A program made the translations under genes and the position numbers. From the human T2T-CHM13v2.0 reference genome, Homo sapiens, in assembly GCF_009914755.1 (NCBI RefSeq), contig NC_060932.1: a DNA stretch of 64,000 nt; one strand, 5' to 3'. This document shows positions 1 to 14,175 of the stretch, piece after piece. The number at the start of each line of letters is the position of its first letter. Within the stretch, counting starts at the first letter, position 1. The notes under the pieces are model-generated. The model was not told the origin of the DNA, ran no database searches, and was given only the letters and a program-made list of their open reading frames with translations.

Positions 1-440
1 GATGCCATGGAGTCCTTCTGGCTATAAGAAAATGCCCTGTGTTGATAGTCGAGAGGAATCAGGAAGCAGAGAAATTGAGACAAGATGGAAAGCCAATATA
101 TTAAGAGTGTATTATGTAGAATACTATTGCAGGCAGTAGTAGCTCAGTTCCTCCAGGACTTCTAAGAATCATAGAAAATACTCCCAGAATTATCCAGTGA
201 ATCTCTTCCCCTGATAGAGGTGTTAAATTTTTTGTAATTCCAGGCTGTGCAGGAGCACAGGCTGAAATGTGATCTGACTAAGTTAGATGAGGTCTTGTGA
301 GAGAATGGAAAAAGATGCAAGGTACTTTAGTAGGTGGGATGCTGGCAGTACAAAGCAGGCTGAGCTTTACTGGAACTGTCCCCTACAATTAAAATTGAGA
401 TCAGAAGTATGTAGTCAATGTTATTGTGAAAAGAGCATGT
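1..440 (-). mobile_element. Degenerate ERVL-class LTR fragment (LTR16-like)
   Basis: Resembles the reverse complement of LTR16-family sequence (GAAAGCCAATA...GTGTATTAT...GCTCAGTTCC...CCCAGAATTATCC). Boundaries approximate; recognised from memory. Confidence 0.4.
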
Positions 441-809
441 AATGTGTGAGCTGTGATGCTCTTCGCCTGACTTAAGCCCTCCCCCTCCCCATGTTGAACA
501 CTATCCTGCTAGTCACTCTGCTCAAAAACCACCCCATCAATGAGGTATCTGTGGAGGTGCTCAGAGAGCAGCCAGAGACCCACAGCATATTCTCCTGTAC
601 TTTCATGTACTGGCCTGCAGATAACACTGATTGCATGTAAAAAAAAAAAAAAAAGGAAAAAAAGACCTGATGATTGCAGGTCTTATTGGAAACTTAGACC
701 ACAAAGAGTAGAGAGGGGACCCTCCTCCTGCACCACTCCTCACAGTGCATATCTAAATCTGGCTGTACAGAACTTGATATTCTTCTCCAAAGACAGGAGG
801 CAAGAAGTT

Positions 810-1060
810 GTGTTAAGCACTGGGCTTGGGGGATGACAGACCAGAGTTTAGATCCTGGGCCTTAACCTACTATGCATTCTTTGTCAAGTTAGGCAAAGTG
901 TCCAATTTTTGACTGTCTCATCCTTAACAGGAGAATATCATCTCTCTTCACAGGCCTGTCAGAAGGATACTCTGCTGGTTTTATGTATTTCTATACATTA
1001 CATACAATAGGCAATGTGCTTTATACATTGCCTGGTGCATAGGAAATGCTCTGTAAATAT
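810..1060 (+). mobile_element. MIR SINE (degenerate)
   Basis: GTTAAGCACTGGGCTT...ACAGACCAGAGTTTAGATCCTG...GGCAAAGTG...TCTCATC, then CCTGGTGCATAGGAAATGCTC: the MIR core and tail layout. Confidence 0.5.
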
Positions 1061-1479
1061 CCCTGTGGATGAGAGCTTTTAGCCAGCTGGGACTTTGCCA
1101 TCTTCTCTATCTTCCCAGAATGCACCTCTGCCATGCATCCTTCACAGCCTCTGAATTGTCCTTGAATGTGCTTAGTCAGAGTTAATTGCCCAGTAATATT
1201 TGTGGACCAAATATAGTCTTATGTAAGACACTGCCAGATATCTTGAGAAAATACAATGTCTTCTGCATTTCTCTTCATGTATCAGTCTAGGAACCCTGTT
1301 GAAGAAGAGTCACTTAAATCTTACATGGCTTACAATTAGAAGATACATGATATACCTTTCTAACTTTTCCCAAACATTTTGGTAAATCTCTTTCAACTCT
1401 TCCATAGATAGAATCTATAGTTAGTAGAATCAGACTGGTGGCCATCTATAATTTTTGGATATAAAGCTCATGCTGTTTC

Positions 1480-2400
1480 AGATCTTCAAAGAACCCTGTC
1501 CAAGGCAGGATTGATGTGCAAGAGATTTATTGAGGAAATGCCACAGAGCATAAGGGGTGGGGGAAGTGGGAGAAAAGAGCCTTCAGACTGTGATGCATGT
1601 GTGGTCTCTATGAGAGGAAGAGGAAAAGGAAGGTGAGGGTAGGAAGGGCTTCAGACTATAGTGCATATCTGAGATAGTCTCACCAAGCTGACAGTTTTAC
1701 TGAAACACCAGGGGTTTGGTCTAGGTCCCACAGCCTGCCTCACAGAAAGCCAATCGCTGAGACAATGAGTATTGCCAGAGGAGAAGATTTTAATTGGGTG
1801 CTGCAGCTGAGGAGATGGGAGATCAGTCTCAAATCCATCTCCCTGACCTAGTAAAATTAGGGGTTTATATGGTAGAGAAGAAATGTAATCATGTGTGGGA
1901 AAACAGGAATTAGGGAAAGATAAGAGAAAGTTGGTTAACAGGATGCAGATGGTCAGTTAGGGAATCATGAAGGGTGAGGAGTCTGGTGTCTCATTGCCCT
2001 GGCGCAATGATCTGATAAATTTCGGTTCTTTGATACTGTCTGGGAGGCCTGATGGTTGATTTCCTGAGAAAGGAACTCAAATAAAACAAATTTAATTTTC
2101 TCAAGTTTCAAGACTGGGAGGGTCAATTTCTATGGTTATTCAAAAGAAACCATAAACATCAGTTCTATGGAAACTCCTGTTTCAATAAGTGATCTCCAAG
2201 GAGAGACTGCAGTTAGCCGTTCCAGGTCAGGCATGTGTGGCCTGGGCCGATAGCCCTGCCATGCTCAGTCACTGATGGGAGCAGCAGGGGGAAGCAGGCC
2301 TCAGCATGGGGACTGCAAGGGACTCAGAAGTGCAGCAGCTGGGGGCTGTTAGTCCCCACAGGAGGGTGTCCTGCCAGAGACAGAGGTGGAGCACCTCCGT
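1480..2400 (-). mobile_element. Old ERVL-class LTR split by a younger LTR at 1695-2184
   Basis: GTGCAAGAGATTTATTGAGG (AATAAA on the - strand) and GCCTTCAGACTG motifs. The sequence resumes after 2185 with GCTCAGTCACTG...GGCCTCAGCATG...GCAGCAGCTGGGGGCTG. Confidence 0.45.
1695..2184 (-). mobile_element. ERV1 (MER4-group; LTR54/MER49-like) solo LTR
   Basis: ~490 bp. The - strand starts TGAAAC, contains TATAAACCCC and ATTAAA, and ends near GTAAAA (degenerate GTAACA). Matches my recollection of MER4-group LTRs. Confidence 0.7.
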
Positions 2401-2529
2401 GGCTACAAACCTATCTCTCCACTTCAAAGCACCACTATCCCACTTTAAATCTTTAAGCATATATAATTTCTGGCCCCAATTCTGTGACTAGCTTGGGGTA
2501 TAAATTGGCAAGGCAAGAATATGTGAATT

Positions 2530-2842
2530 AATTAATTTATTTATTAATTTATTTATTTTTTCTTGAGACAGAGTCTCACTCTGTTGCCCAGGCTGAAGTG
2601 CAGTTTCAGGATCTCTGCTTACTGCAACCTCCACCTCCTGTGTTCAAGCGATTCTCTTGTCTCAGCTTCCTGAGTAGCTGAGACTACAGGTGTGCGCCAC
2701 CACACCTGGCTAATTTTTGTATTTTTTGAGTAGAGACAAGGTTTCACTATGTTGGCTGGTCTCAAACTCCCACCTCAAGTCATCTCCCTACCTCGGCCTC
2801 CCAAAGTGCTGGGATTACAGGCGTGAGCCAACACACCTGGCT
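2530..2842 (-). mobile_element. AluS SINE
   Basis: Dimeric Alu in reverse orientation (TGAGACAGAGTCTCACTCTGTTGCCCAGGCTG...CCCAAAGTGCTGGGATTACAGGCGTGAGCC) with a (TTTA)n tail. Confidence 0.95.
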
Positions 2843-5800
2843 CAATTCATTTAAAGCTAAGTGTGTAAACTTATACATATAGATACCATGTAAAGCCTCT
2901 AATGCTCTCAGTAACGCATAATCTGCAAGATAGTTTGGAGTCAGATGGCAAGAGATAGTTGTTCTGTTATTCAGCACTCATTATCTTGCCCATGCATGAC
3001 ATTTGGCTCAGCCCATTCAGTCCTGCCCTGTCCCAGATGTGTAGAATTTTAAATGAAGAGTTAGCTAGGTTTTGGTTGTGCCGAATGTTGATCTTTTCTG
3101 AGTAGTTGATTGCAGATTTTTGCTGCATCATTGGGCACTGGCATTTACCCAACTCCAGGTATTTCAGGCAATACCTTTGATGGATCCAGAGCTTTCTTTC
3201 TCATTCAGTGACTCGTTCCTTCACTTTTCCACCCCTTGCACATTTCTTGTTAAGGGATGCTCATGTTCACTGCAGTTGGCAGGTTGAAAGCAGGGCTTCA
3301 GACTGCTCTTTTAACAGAAAGCTTTGTGTTTGTTCTGTGGTTTATCAAACAGCTTCACAGGCACTTTAATGAGTTTTCCAAGCTCATCTTTTGTCTCTAT
3401 TGATGAGCATTGGGCTGTATTATTATTTTTTTTTTCCAGGAGGGAGTCTTTCTCTGTCTACAGATCAATTTGGACTTGACGTTTAAAGCTAAGACTTCCT
3501 TCCATTTCTGAGTAGTTTTGTTGATATCAGTTTGTACACCCTGTCAGTTCCAATGCTATTTAGTATCTTTTCTAATTTAGCCTTAGGAGCATTGCAGAAA
3601 ATATAAACAACCTGGCTCTGCTGGGACTTCTGACACCCCAGTGTTAGTTGCAATTTATCTGTTCTGTTGATAATCAAGAAGCCAGACAGGTTTTATCTTT
3701 TCAACATCCTATGCCATGGCAAATTGAATGCCATGAGTTTTCTCTTCCAGGTGGAGTGAAATAGTTAACTAGGTCAATTTTTGGTGTTGGGAGACACAAA
3801 TGTCTCTTGATTTTTTTCTCCCCAAAGAGATCTGAGAGTGGCAGGTTTGATCTGATAGGGGAAGCAAGTGCTCAGTGTCTGAGAGTTGCTCTGGATAACT
3901 CTTCACTGCTTCCCAAAAGATGAGGTACAGATATTAGAATATCACCTTAACATAGGCAGCCAAATTCTCATAGATTATGTCACCTGTTCTGTCTGAAAAG
4001 TGTACTTCCTCCTTTGACCATACCTTCCTAGAAAAAATAATTACTTAGGACAGCAAATGCTTCACAAATAGCAGTTCCTTATTTATCAAATCACTTTTGT
4101 GAGGCAAAATAAATAAATAAATAAAAGCATAAAGGTATAATGCAGACAAGTTCTGAAGTGGTAATTTGAAGCAATTATTGATGTCTTTCTATTTCCATGA
4201 TTTGATGATTCTACCTAACATTGCTTTTCACCTTTCTTTTTATATGTGCTCATTTTTAATTAGGCACCAATTGTCTGGCATACAGAATCACAGAGAAGTG
4301 TGTCACTGACAAAAATACATGGCTAATAGGTCACACATAACTGAGTACCTTCCGTTATATGTACGTTTTTCTTCTGCTGGCTTTTATTCCACTGAATTAT
4401 GAGAAGAATAAAGAGCTTTTTTTTTCCCCTTTGCATACATTTTTGTTTCATTCTATTGCATATTCTGCCTGCTTTTCCTGGGGACAATGTCTGCTATTTT
4501 ATACCTTTGTTTCTTGCCTTCCTTCAGTGTGGCCATCTAGCATAGTGCTACGTTTCAGGATGGGAGAAAACACAAAGGCATCGGCCTCTTCTCTTTGACC
4601 TTGAGGTCTGATATTAAAGGGGGCTTCTTGTGCTATGTCCCCACATGACAAAGAGAATGCTATGAATGCCTCGAAACCACTTTCGGCTCAATTCCATTAA
4701 GTGAAAATTTATGGAAAGTAGTTCCATAGAGTTATGGGGACACACTTTTTATGATTATTATTATTGATTGCAATCGGTTTCAGTCCCACTTCAAACCTGG
4801 TATCCAGGGTCCATGGTGGAGATGGAGAAGGTTCCTGTGACCTTGGCCTCAACTATTTGGTTTTCTGTCATTTATCCTTAAAGTATGAGCTGCAGAAAGT
4901 CTGTTCTAACTATTTTATGTGCACTAAAGTAAATTTTATTTTCTTATTATAGTTTACTTCGTCAAAGTTTTAATTTTTTAGGATTAATCTTCCTTAAATG
5001 GCAGTCTCTATGCACTACAGTTTAAACAGGGAATAGGTTTTAATGGCATATACAGAATTCTGACATCATGGGTGCTGGCTAGGACAAAGAGATTCAGGGA
5101 AAGAATTTTCACACTGGGAGCTTTAATGAAAACGTTCCAGAAGAAAAAAGAGAATAATCAGAATAAATTATGAGTGTTTATTCTTTATTCTGTCTTGCAG
5201 CTTGATATAGAGAACATGTTTTAGATCAAAAACAAACATTGCAGTAATACTTTGGAGAAGGCAAATATTCTATGAATGTAATCGTTTGCAATAGATTAAA
5301 CACTGAATTGTAACAATCAGTAAATAATCATCGATGTCCTATAATATCCCCAAAGAGGAAAATTAGTATAACTAAGTTTTCCTAGTGGACACTGTTGACA
5401 ATAGTTGTGTACCAGGGGCTGCTAAGGGCCTATCAGCTGTGATTGCTGAGAGTGGAAGAACAGAGGTAGTAGCAGCAGAACAGGAAGTGAGTGTGGGGTG
5501 GACAGAGTTGCCTATATCTGCAACAACTTTAGGGGAAGCCAACAGAGTTGATAAGTAGACAAGTTGGTACCTACACTTGGTGACCTGTCTCAGTGTGGTC
5601 AGTCCTGGAGGGGTGGTGGTGGAAAACGGCATCATGGCTGGTCTGGTGAAGTTCTCAAAGGAGCCAAAATGGGGAAATCATCTCTCTCGACTCCATTGTC
5701 TATGCTGGTGATGGCCTGGAACCTGAGAGCCTACTGTGATTCTGGGAGTAAGTCAGCTCAATTCACAAGATTTCTTATGTGACTTCTTTTGCAGTTAGTC

Positions 5801-6239
5801 TTGGACAGAAGGGGATAGCTGTGACATCAACAGGATAAAGAGAGAGCTTTATACCCTGAAGCTCCTGTCTCTCTATCCACTCCCACATAATGTACCTGTG
5901 CTGAATCTCTGTGTCACTGGCTGTGCACAATTCTGCTCCTGCTTTTCTCAGTCATCAATGGAACATGTAAGAGGACATTACAAGGTTTCGTACTGGCAAA
6001 GAAAAGCAGAGTCGGGCAGTGGTGGAGAGAAACGGCTGTGACCCTGAAAATTAAGGACAGACCACTCTTTACCCAGACTTCTGGCCTCGAATGAGTCTTT
6101 CAGTGCAGGTGTGAGAAGTTTAAAAGGTGATCTAGAAAATACTAAATATACGATTAAATGTTCTCCAGAAACATCCAGAAATTCAACGACAAGAAATGCA
6201 AAAGTGAATTTTATTTTAATATGAGGATTCTTCAACTAT

Positions 6240-6450
6240 CTTTTTCATTTTATTGAACTCAGATACCAGGCATTGTGATGACCCTGGGAGATATAGGGAT
6301 AGAGAAGTCACGGTTCCATCCCCCTAGGAGTATACAGTTAATTGGATCGGAGAAGAGACATACAAACAAATAAACATCCTTTGGGTATGTCATGCTGTAA
6401 GAGAGGTAGAGAATTAGGGGAACCCAAGAAGAGAGGGGTCACATTCCCTT
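6240..6450 (-). mobile_element. L2 3'-end fragment
   Basis: TTTATTGAAC...CCAGGCATTGTG...CTGGGAGATA...CCCTAGGAG...ACAAACAAATAA, typical of an antisense L2 tail. Confidence 0.5.
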
Positions 6451-8417
6451 AAGGATCAGGAATGGGTATCTGGAAGAAGAGATCCTTGTTTAATCACCAA
6501 AGACTTTACCTTTTAACCAGTTGTATTGATGTTGATGTTATAGTGAGCTATATCCATGATAAAAGGCTTTATGTTTTTAGTGAGGATATATTTCCAGGAA
6601 AAGTCAGGCATTTTGAAAAGGTTTTTGAAGAAACAGTTTCACAAGCTAAAGGACTTCAGAAATTATGATGTATGGTGGTCATGCTGGGTGATCAGTAAAA
6701 GGCTTAAAAATTCTATATTCTCATTGAACATAAAGCCTAGGAAATTTTAGATCTTTAATTGCAGATCATTTTCTTAGATTTTACTCTAACCCTGTAGGAA
6801 ATATTCAGCTTCATGAAGAAAAAATGTAGTGATTATCCCCATCTCCACACAACAGTTTCGTTCACATCATGTCATAAAATCTGATAACATTTGTATGTTT
6901 TAAAAAGAGAGAGAAAGAAAGAGTGAAAAAGAAGCAGAAATAGTCAATTATATTATAATAAAAAATGTTAGCAAATATAGTCTTGATCATTGAGTCCCCA
7001 GTAATGTCAAAGGTATCTGCTATTGACCTTATAATTTTTAGAATGTATAATACAGTGTCATACAGAATATGATGCTGCTTTTTATTAGGTGATTTATAAA
7101 AACTAAACTCCTTACATTATGATTCCCTCTGACACATGCACGGTAAGGTGGTGAGCTTTTCTAACTTCATCTCCTAGGAAAGTGCTTTGTGAATGCAGGG
7201 GCCAGGGTGAGATGTTTGGCCACACAAAGAACACAGAATTTTTCACCAGCTGGATTGAGAGACGATGAACAGCCTGGCTAACCAACTTCATTTAATTCTT
7301 TTCCTTTCATCTCTCTGTAGCACAATAAAGGAAATTAAAATCAGTGATTGATTGTGTTTGAGTGCATTATCATCAGGACTGAATACATAAACAATGCACC
7401 AAATGAGAAGCTATTTAATCACATTTTTTGTTACTATATATCTAACTCAGTATATCATGAGCCAAGGAACTGACATTTATTTTATTCAGAAGAAGAAAAT
7501 AAATTCATTTATTTTATTTGAGTGTTTCTCCTGTGTTAATAGAACATTCTATTTTCCTTGAAAATTTTACATTAAAAAACATACAAAAATCTTTATTAAA
7601 TGGAAATCATTATCATTTAACTTTTTTGAAAACACTACTGTTTTAGATGTTTCCCTTAACTGTTGGTTATTAGTTTATTTTAGTTCCTAGAAATCTTCAG
7701 TGTGAATGCTGACATTTCAAATATACCAGGAAATTATTTTTCTTCATTGGAAAGGGCTTAGGAAGCCTATTCCTTTTTCTGAATCAGATTATCTTATTGC
7801 ATTAATTTTATTTGGGAATAAGCTTGAAAGTTCTAAAATATGAAAAAAAAATGTGATCCAAACCCTTCTAATTATCAAATTTCCTTGCAAGGATAAGCTT
7901 ATGCCCTGGAAGAATTGGCTTACATTTTGCATTAAATTGGTTAATTACTCATGTGGTCATAAAGACATTTGATCTAAATGGGTTATGGTACTGGCAGTGA
8001 ATAAAATGAGCTGGTGTTATACAGCACTGGGCACACAACACAAGATAATCTGGAGGAAAATTTGAGATTATTTTTTAAAATGGTCTTCTCCATACTCCCT
8101 TTAAAGTATCTGTGACTTGCTAACTGAAACAATATTCATGTATTTAGTTAAATGTTTATGAGATGATAAACTTCTCAGTTTAAAGTCTTGATGAAGTGGG
8201 TTATGGTCATTCATGAAAGCTGGGGATGTCCTGGTGTAGAAGCATCTCCTAGAATTCGTACTCATGGCTTTTCCAACTTTCTACCTTAATAGCTTTGTTT
8301 GAAAAGAGTCTCCTTAAGAGGGCTAGAATTGTGTTTTTTTGTCAGTTCTCAAGTATGTTACAGTTTCCCAAATTAAAGAAGAATAGAAGGTTAGGATTTA
8401 AAATCTGCCTCTTCCCT

Positions 8418-8799
8418 TGATACGGTTTGGCTCTGTCTGCATCCAAATCTCATGTTGAATTGTAATCCCCAATGTTGAGGGAGCAATCTAGTGGGAGATG
8501 ATTGGATCATGGGGTCACATTTTCCCTTTGCTGTTCTTGTGATAGTGAATTCTCAAAAGATCTGGTTGTTTAAAAGTGTGTAGCACTTACCCCTTTGCAC
8601 TCTCTCTCTCTCCTGCTCCACCATGGTAAGATGTGCTTGCTTCCCCTTCACCCTTCCACCATGATTGTAAGTTTCCTGAGGCCTCTCAACCATGCTTCCT
8701 GTACAGCCTGTGGAACTGTGAGCCAATTAAACCTCTTTTCTTCATAAATTACCCAGTCTCAGGTAGTTCTTTATAGCAGTGTGAGAATGGATGAATACA
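8418..8799 (+). mobile_element. THE1 (THE1D-like) MaLR solo LTR inserted in a MIR
   Basis: TGATACGGTTTGGCTCTG...ATTAAACCTCTTTTC...AATACA, 382 bp, TG..CA ends. 5-bp TSD TCCCT/GCCCT (1 mismatch). Confidence 0.9.
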
Positions 8800-9769
8800 G
8801 CCCTAAACTCACTTTGTTACCCTAGGCAAGTCAGCTAATCTGCCTGGATTTCAGTTTTCCTATTGATAGAATTGGATTAACAGCTCTTCATTCCCTATGC
8901 AACTTCAGCCCTGTAGTGGTGTGTTGAAGCAAATATTGTTCCATTGCTGGTGGAGTACCTATAATTGAAGGCTGATAATCCCACTTTGATAGTTCAAGTT
9001 CATAGGTTAGGGTAATTAATTTGATCAGAATGCCAGATGAGGCATCCTTGTTTGTCCAAGACTTTGCACAGAGGAGGCTAAGCACAGCCATTAGAGTGTA
9101 CACAGCAATACAGATGTATCACCTTGATTTGTGAATATATAGGTATTTTAGCATCAAGTCATTTTTTATAGTGAAATGTCAACAAGTGGACTCTAACTAA
9201 TTTAGATCCTGTGTTGATCTTACCTAAGGAGAAAAACCTATGGCTTCAGCTAAAAAGCTCAGTTAGATAAATCGCTGTGTAAATGTATCTCCTTTATAGA
9301 AAAATTGATACAGCCCTGGGAACCTTGTATCTGCTTTCTTTTAGCTCTTCTAAGGTGAAGACTGGGTGCCAATAAAAGATATGGAAGACTATAAGAAGAA
9401 ACTCCAAACAAGTGTCAAATAAGATTAACGTTTTCTCCTGACTGACCACTGGTTTGTTTGGTATGCACATACGATTTAGGAAGGCAAAGCCTGGGTTTAT
9501 ATATAAAAAATATTTAAGACCCCCAAAATCTGATCATGTTAATTTCTATATATTGCAAATTATATGGAAACTGTATATTCTGATGTTAAGATAAGCATTT
9601 AGAACATAGAAAATATAAAAATAAAAAATTTCCCAACATTAAATTTTTTAGTCATTCCTTACTCCTAATTTTTCTTTATTAAAACATTCAGAGTAATAAG
9701 TACCGCATTTGCCTCAGAAACTTTTAAATAAGAAATAAACTTACAGATATAATAGAAGCTTCTATTTCA

Positions 9770-10175
9770 ATCCAATTCCCCAAATCCCAAAGATTATGCT
9801 TATTCACATTTGTGTATAGCCACAGTTTGTGTTATGATATGTGCTTTTAGAGTTCCCATAAATTATATCATATTTTACATATATTTTTGCATTTGCTATT
9901 TTCACTCAACATTGTTTTCCAGATTTATCCATGTTGATCCATATAAATTCAGAAAATTAATTTTAACCGATGTGTAGTTTTACATTGTATGCACATACCC
10001 ATGATTCACTTTTCCATTTTTCTAGTAATGAACTTTAAGATTATTTCCAATTTTTGGCTATTACCAATAATAATTCAACAAATGTCTTTGGACATATCTC
10101 TTCTGGAAATGTATGTGGATTTCTCTTTGAAAAGGTTTACCTGGTGAAATTTCTAGTGTTTTATATATATATATA

Positions 10176-10209
<34 letters not shown>

Positions 10210-11880
10210 TTACATATTTTCAGCTTTACTATATATTTCCAAAAAACTATCCAAAGTGGAAGATTTAAACCCCCCTTAGCAGTATATAAATTCATGGTTC
10301 CTAAAGCCCTTGGCATAGTTTTGTGTTTTTAAAGAAAAGAGCATAAAGTCTTATTGCTGTTAAATTTTACCTTACTCTTTTAAAGTGTATTTTCATAATA
10401 ATTCACTATTCATTTTATCATCTGTTGTGAATATTGTGTCATAGTTCTTAATCATTTTTTCTACTGAATTATTTATTTTGTATCATTAATTTGTAGAAAT
10501 CCTCTTTATATTATATTTTTCAATTATATATTTTGTAAATATTTTACCCAATTTTCTGGCTTGCATTTAACCTTTAGGATGCCTATAATTTTTCATTTTA
10601 ATACCATCTAATTTATTATTCTCTGTTTTTATTCTTCATATGTTCTGGCATTTGATTAATAGGCCATTTGTTGCCCAATGTCATTAGTTTTCTATATATA
10701 CTTTAAAATATCTAAACATTTAATATTCATAAATAATTTCACAAATAGTTTAAGATTTGAGTCTTCAGCCTAAATAGACATAGGTTTTTGTGATATAGTG
10801 TAATATACAGATTTTTACTTATATATGGATAGTCACTTATTCTGACATCATTTATTGAATAGTATAATTTTTCTACTGGCTTGTAGTATCATATCTTTCA
10901 TTACAAGTCCAATGTATTCAGCATATCTATGGATATATTTCTTGATGTTCCATTTTCTTCCAATTGGTTTCAATGTATCGCTGAGCCAAAGCAAATCATT
11001 TTAATTATTATAATTAAAATACATTTAAATATTGATAGGGTATTATTCTTCAAAATAATTTTGGTTCTTCCTTTATTGATTATTTTAATATGACTTTTCC
11101 AATCAAGTTCTAAAAAATTACTTGTGGTATATTTATTGGAATAACTGTAAATGTATATATTGGTATATTTGCGATTGTAAGCCTTTCCATGCATGAATAT
11201 GGTATACCTATGTTTTGTTTAGGTACTCTGTTATGTCATTCTATAAAATTAAATAAAAGATCATGTCTATGTTTTCTGAATTCTTAGGTACATTAATGTT
11301 TTGTGTTATCATGAATGTGATATTACAATATTTTTAATAGATTGCTACTGTTTATAAGAATTTCATGTTTCTTTTTGCTTTGCCTTCATATCTAAAAACC
11401 TTGCTGATTTGATTAGTGCATCCACAAATTTTCTTTGATTTTCTATGGGTAATTTAAAAATCTCCACACAATGAGATTGCAGTAAAAAATAGTTATTATG
11501 CTTCAACATTACATATGGAGGTGTTGATGGTTTTGTTATAGATAAACTTACCAGGTTAAGAAATTTGTCTGCCTTTCCTAGTTTGATATAAGGATTTTAA
11601 TATAAATGAATATTGTATTTTATCATCTTATTTTTTCCTACATCTTCTGAGGTAATCCTATGTTTTCCCTCTTTCAATCTCCTAATGGTGAATGGCATTA
11701 AAATATCTTCTATTGTTAAAACATTCTCGCAATGCTGTATAAAACCAATGCCATTATTTTGTATTACTGATGGATTTTTGAAAAATATATAGGTATACTT
11801 AGTTTTCTAAGGAGAATAGAATTTCTAATAGTTTTTAAATATTTTGCATCTATGTTCTTAAGGACATTGGTGTATCATTT
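9770..11880 (-). mobile_element. Ancient L1M (L1MC/L1ME-like) 3' half, highly diverged
   Basis: T-rich antisense L1 ORF2/3'UTR-like motifs (TTTTCACTCAACATTG, CCATGTTGAT, CATCATTTATTGAATAG, CCTAGTTTGATATAAGGATTTT). Contains a (TA)n(CA)n microsatellite at ~10162-10210. Confidence 0.7.
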
Positions 11881-12459
11881 CTATACCATCAGGCTATGAG
11901 AGGAGCCGACTGAAAATCACACTGCTAGGGAGGGGAGAGGTGACTCTTTCTGTTTCTGGTGTTTGTAGCCATCTCCAGCGGTAGTTGCATTAATAATAAT
12001 GCTGCAATGCCAACAGTACTGGAAAAGATAACAATAGTGATTTCAGCAGCTGTAGTATGGAGGGATCCCCATGATGGAGCAATGAAAATAACTCTGGAAG
12101 CAATGACAATATCAGCTCTGGCTGTAGCAGCTGAGATGTGAGTTCTCATGGTAGCAGCTTCAAGGACACTAGTAATGGTCCAATGGCCCCCAGACCTAGA
12201 AGTGCACATTTCCTCAGCATCTGCTCCAGACGCTGAACTTTGACAGTTGACGCCTTGGATCATCTGCCACTGATCTCTAGTCAACATTTTTACTTGCCCA
12301 ACACAAAAGAGGCAGAAATTTATTGAGTTACTTATTTTTTAACAACCTGATCCTTTCATCTTTTGCTACACATACTCTTGTAATTGATCTCTCCCTGAAT
12401 TGTTTTCTGTTTAAAATATCTAGAATGTTTCCTGCTTCTTGACTTGACTCTTACTAATA

Positions 12460-13494
12460 TTGTATAGACACTAGAAATTGTTCTCAAAATAGATCTTTAC
12501 AGATGAGAATCTGGAAGTGGTTTGCTGACCTGTTTCACTTTGAATGAAAACCTGACCTTCTTGTTGGTAGAAGACAGAAACCTGGTCATCTGTACTGTAC
12601 GGTGGTATCATGATTACTTAAATCATCAAATGTGGTTATTGGGAATGATGTGTGTTTTAAAGTGATATATGAGAGATAAAATGGCTATTGTAGTTGACTG
12701 TTGCAGTTATAATATTGTCAACAAGGTCTGTAAGAGTACAACGGAGAGCAGGTAGAAAATGGACATCGTTTAAAGGCCAAAACAACCACACTATTTTGCT
12801 AATTCCTTTCAGCAAAAGCCTAGAAAATATATGAGGCATAAATGTACATGGTGTTTGACTAAGGCATGCAGAATATAATCTTGACATAGGCTAACTTTAT
12901 CAACATGGATACATACAGATTCTGAAGTTAAAGTCTTAGCCCAAGAAGTTAGAAGGGGTGTTCAACTTTGTCTAACAGAAACTGTGAATCCACACTGGCC
13001 TGCTTATTTTGAGGTTGTGTTGCCAGAACTTTCCTAGCATAATAAAGAGAGATGCATACAAAGGCACAGGAATAGTAGAAGGTTGGGGTAAAAATATCAG
13101 GTATGATCCACCAAGCCATCCCCCACTCTGTCCCACAAGAAGGCCCAAAAAATATTTTTCTAAGAAATTAAGAATTGATTTACTGGGGGTGGGGGGTCAG
13201 CACTGGAATGCTCAAAAAGTGCTGTGATGGCTGAATTTTGTGGGTTTGGGGAGATTGTGGGTTCTTTGATTTCAAGGGGAATGATGTGATCCTAGAGATG
13301 CAAAGAACAAGTGACAGTGGAGGCACTGTTTTTTTGTGACTGCACTAGAGACAAGGAAGACACAACTATAATAATGAGTAGCAGGAATGGAGCGGCCAAC
13401 AGAATATCTGACTATTAGAGATCTTTGATGAAGGCTAATTGATTCTCAGGGAGTGAGCTAGATCAGTGACAAATATTTGTCTTTATATAACTGG
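12460..13494 (+). mobile_element. ERV-L (HERVL/HERV16/ERVL-E-like) internal region, gag remnant
   Basis: CAGCAAAAGCCTAGAAAATATATG...AGAATATAATCTTGAC...GCTAACTTTATCAACATGG...GAAGTTAGAAGGGG is collinear with ERV-L gag; heavily mutated. 11880-12460 may be its 5' LTR (uncertain). Confidence 0.65.
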
Positions 13495-13890
13495 GTAATG
13501 TGGAGGGATTCTAATAAAGGCACTACTTACAGCACAGTAGGAAAGATATAAAGAAACCAGAAAGAAGAGTGTAAGTAGTAAGAGGCAAAGCAGTCACCTA
13601 ACTAGAGACAGTGCCAGCTTGCCAAGAAGGCACCAGACAGGAGCTGTGACCTTCAGCAAAGGGAAACAGTCTGCCTGTGCTGACCCTGCAGGGCAGAAGT
13701 GGGGGATAAACACACTCTTCTCTCTCCTATCTTCTGCCACCTCCTTCATTAGCTGAACCCCAATAAAAGCATGAGGGTAAGAGAGGTACCTGAAGAATCC
13801 AATTCAGGTCAGCCTCCTGAGGAACAAAGCAGAATGTAGAAAAAGTAAAGAGTGGGTCTAGGGAATAAAACAGAGATATGCACCAGAGCA
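13495..13890 (-). mobile_element. LTR33-like ERVL LTR
   Basis: CTCCTTCATTAGCTGAACCCCAATAAAAGC...GGTCAGCCTCCTGAGGAACAAAGCAG resembles antisense LTR33. Confidence 0.55.
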
Positions 13891-14175
13891 TAATGATGTG
13901 TCCAGGAAAGAAGAATATACAAATACTTTTGAAATTACTAGACACTAAACCTGAGATGACCTAATACAGGTAAATGTCACTTTATGGTAATATATTCCAA
14001 GAAATGCATCATTAGGTGATTTTGTGTCTGTATGGACACCATAGAGTGTACTTATACAAACCTAGATAGTGTAGCTTACAACATACCTAGACAACATACC
14101 TAGGCTATATTGTATAGCCTATTGCTCCTAGGCTACACACCTGTGTAGCATGTCACAGTGCTGAAAATAGTAGGC

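Noticed and set aside
3735-5205. Strong-looking + strand splice acceptors (~3751, ~5200), and a donor at ~52075, as upstream exons
   Set aside because: Isolated splice-like motifs are common. No paired exon structure can be supported without transcript data.
11925-12287. Ala/Thr/Ile-rich 120-aa ORF
   Set aside because: Lies in low-complexity sequence at the probable 5' LTR of the ERV-L remnant, with no gene context.
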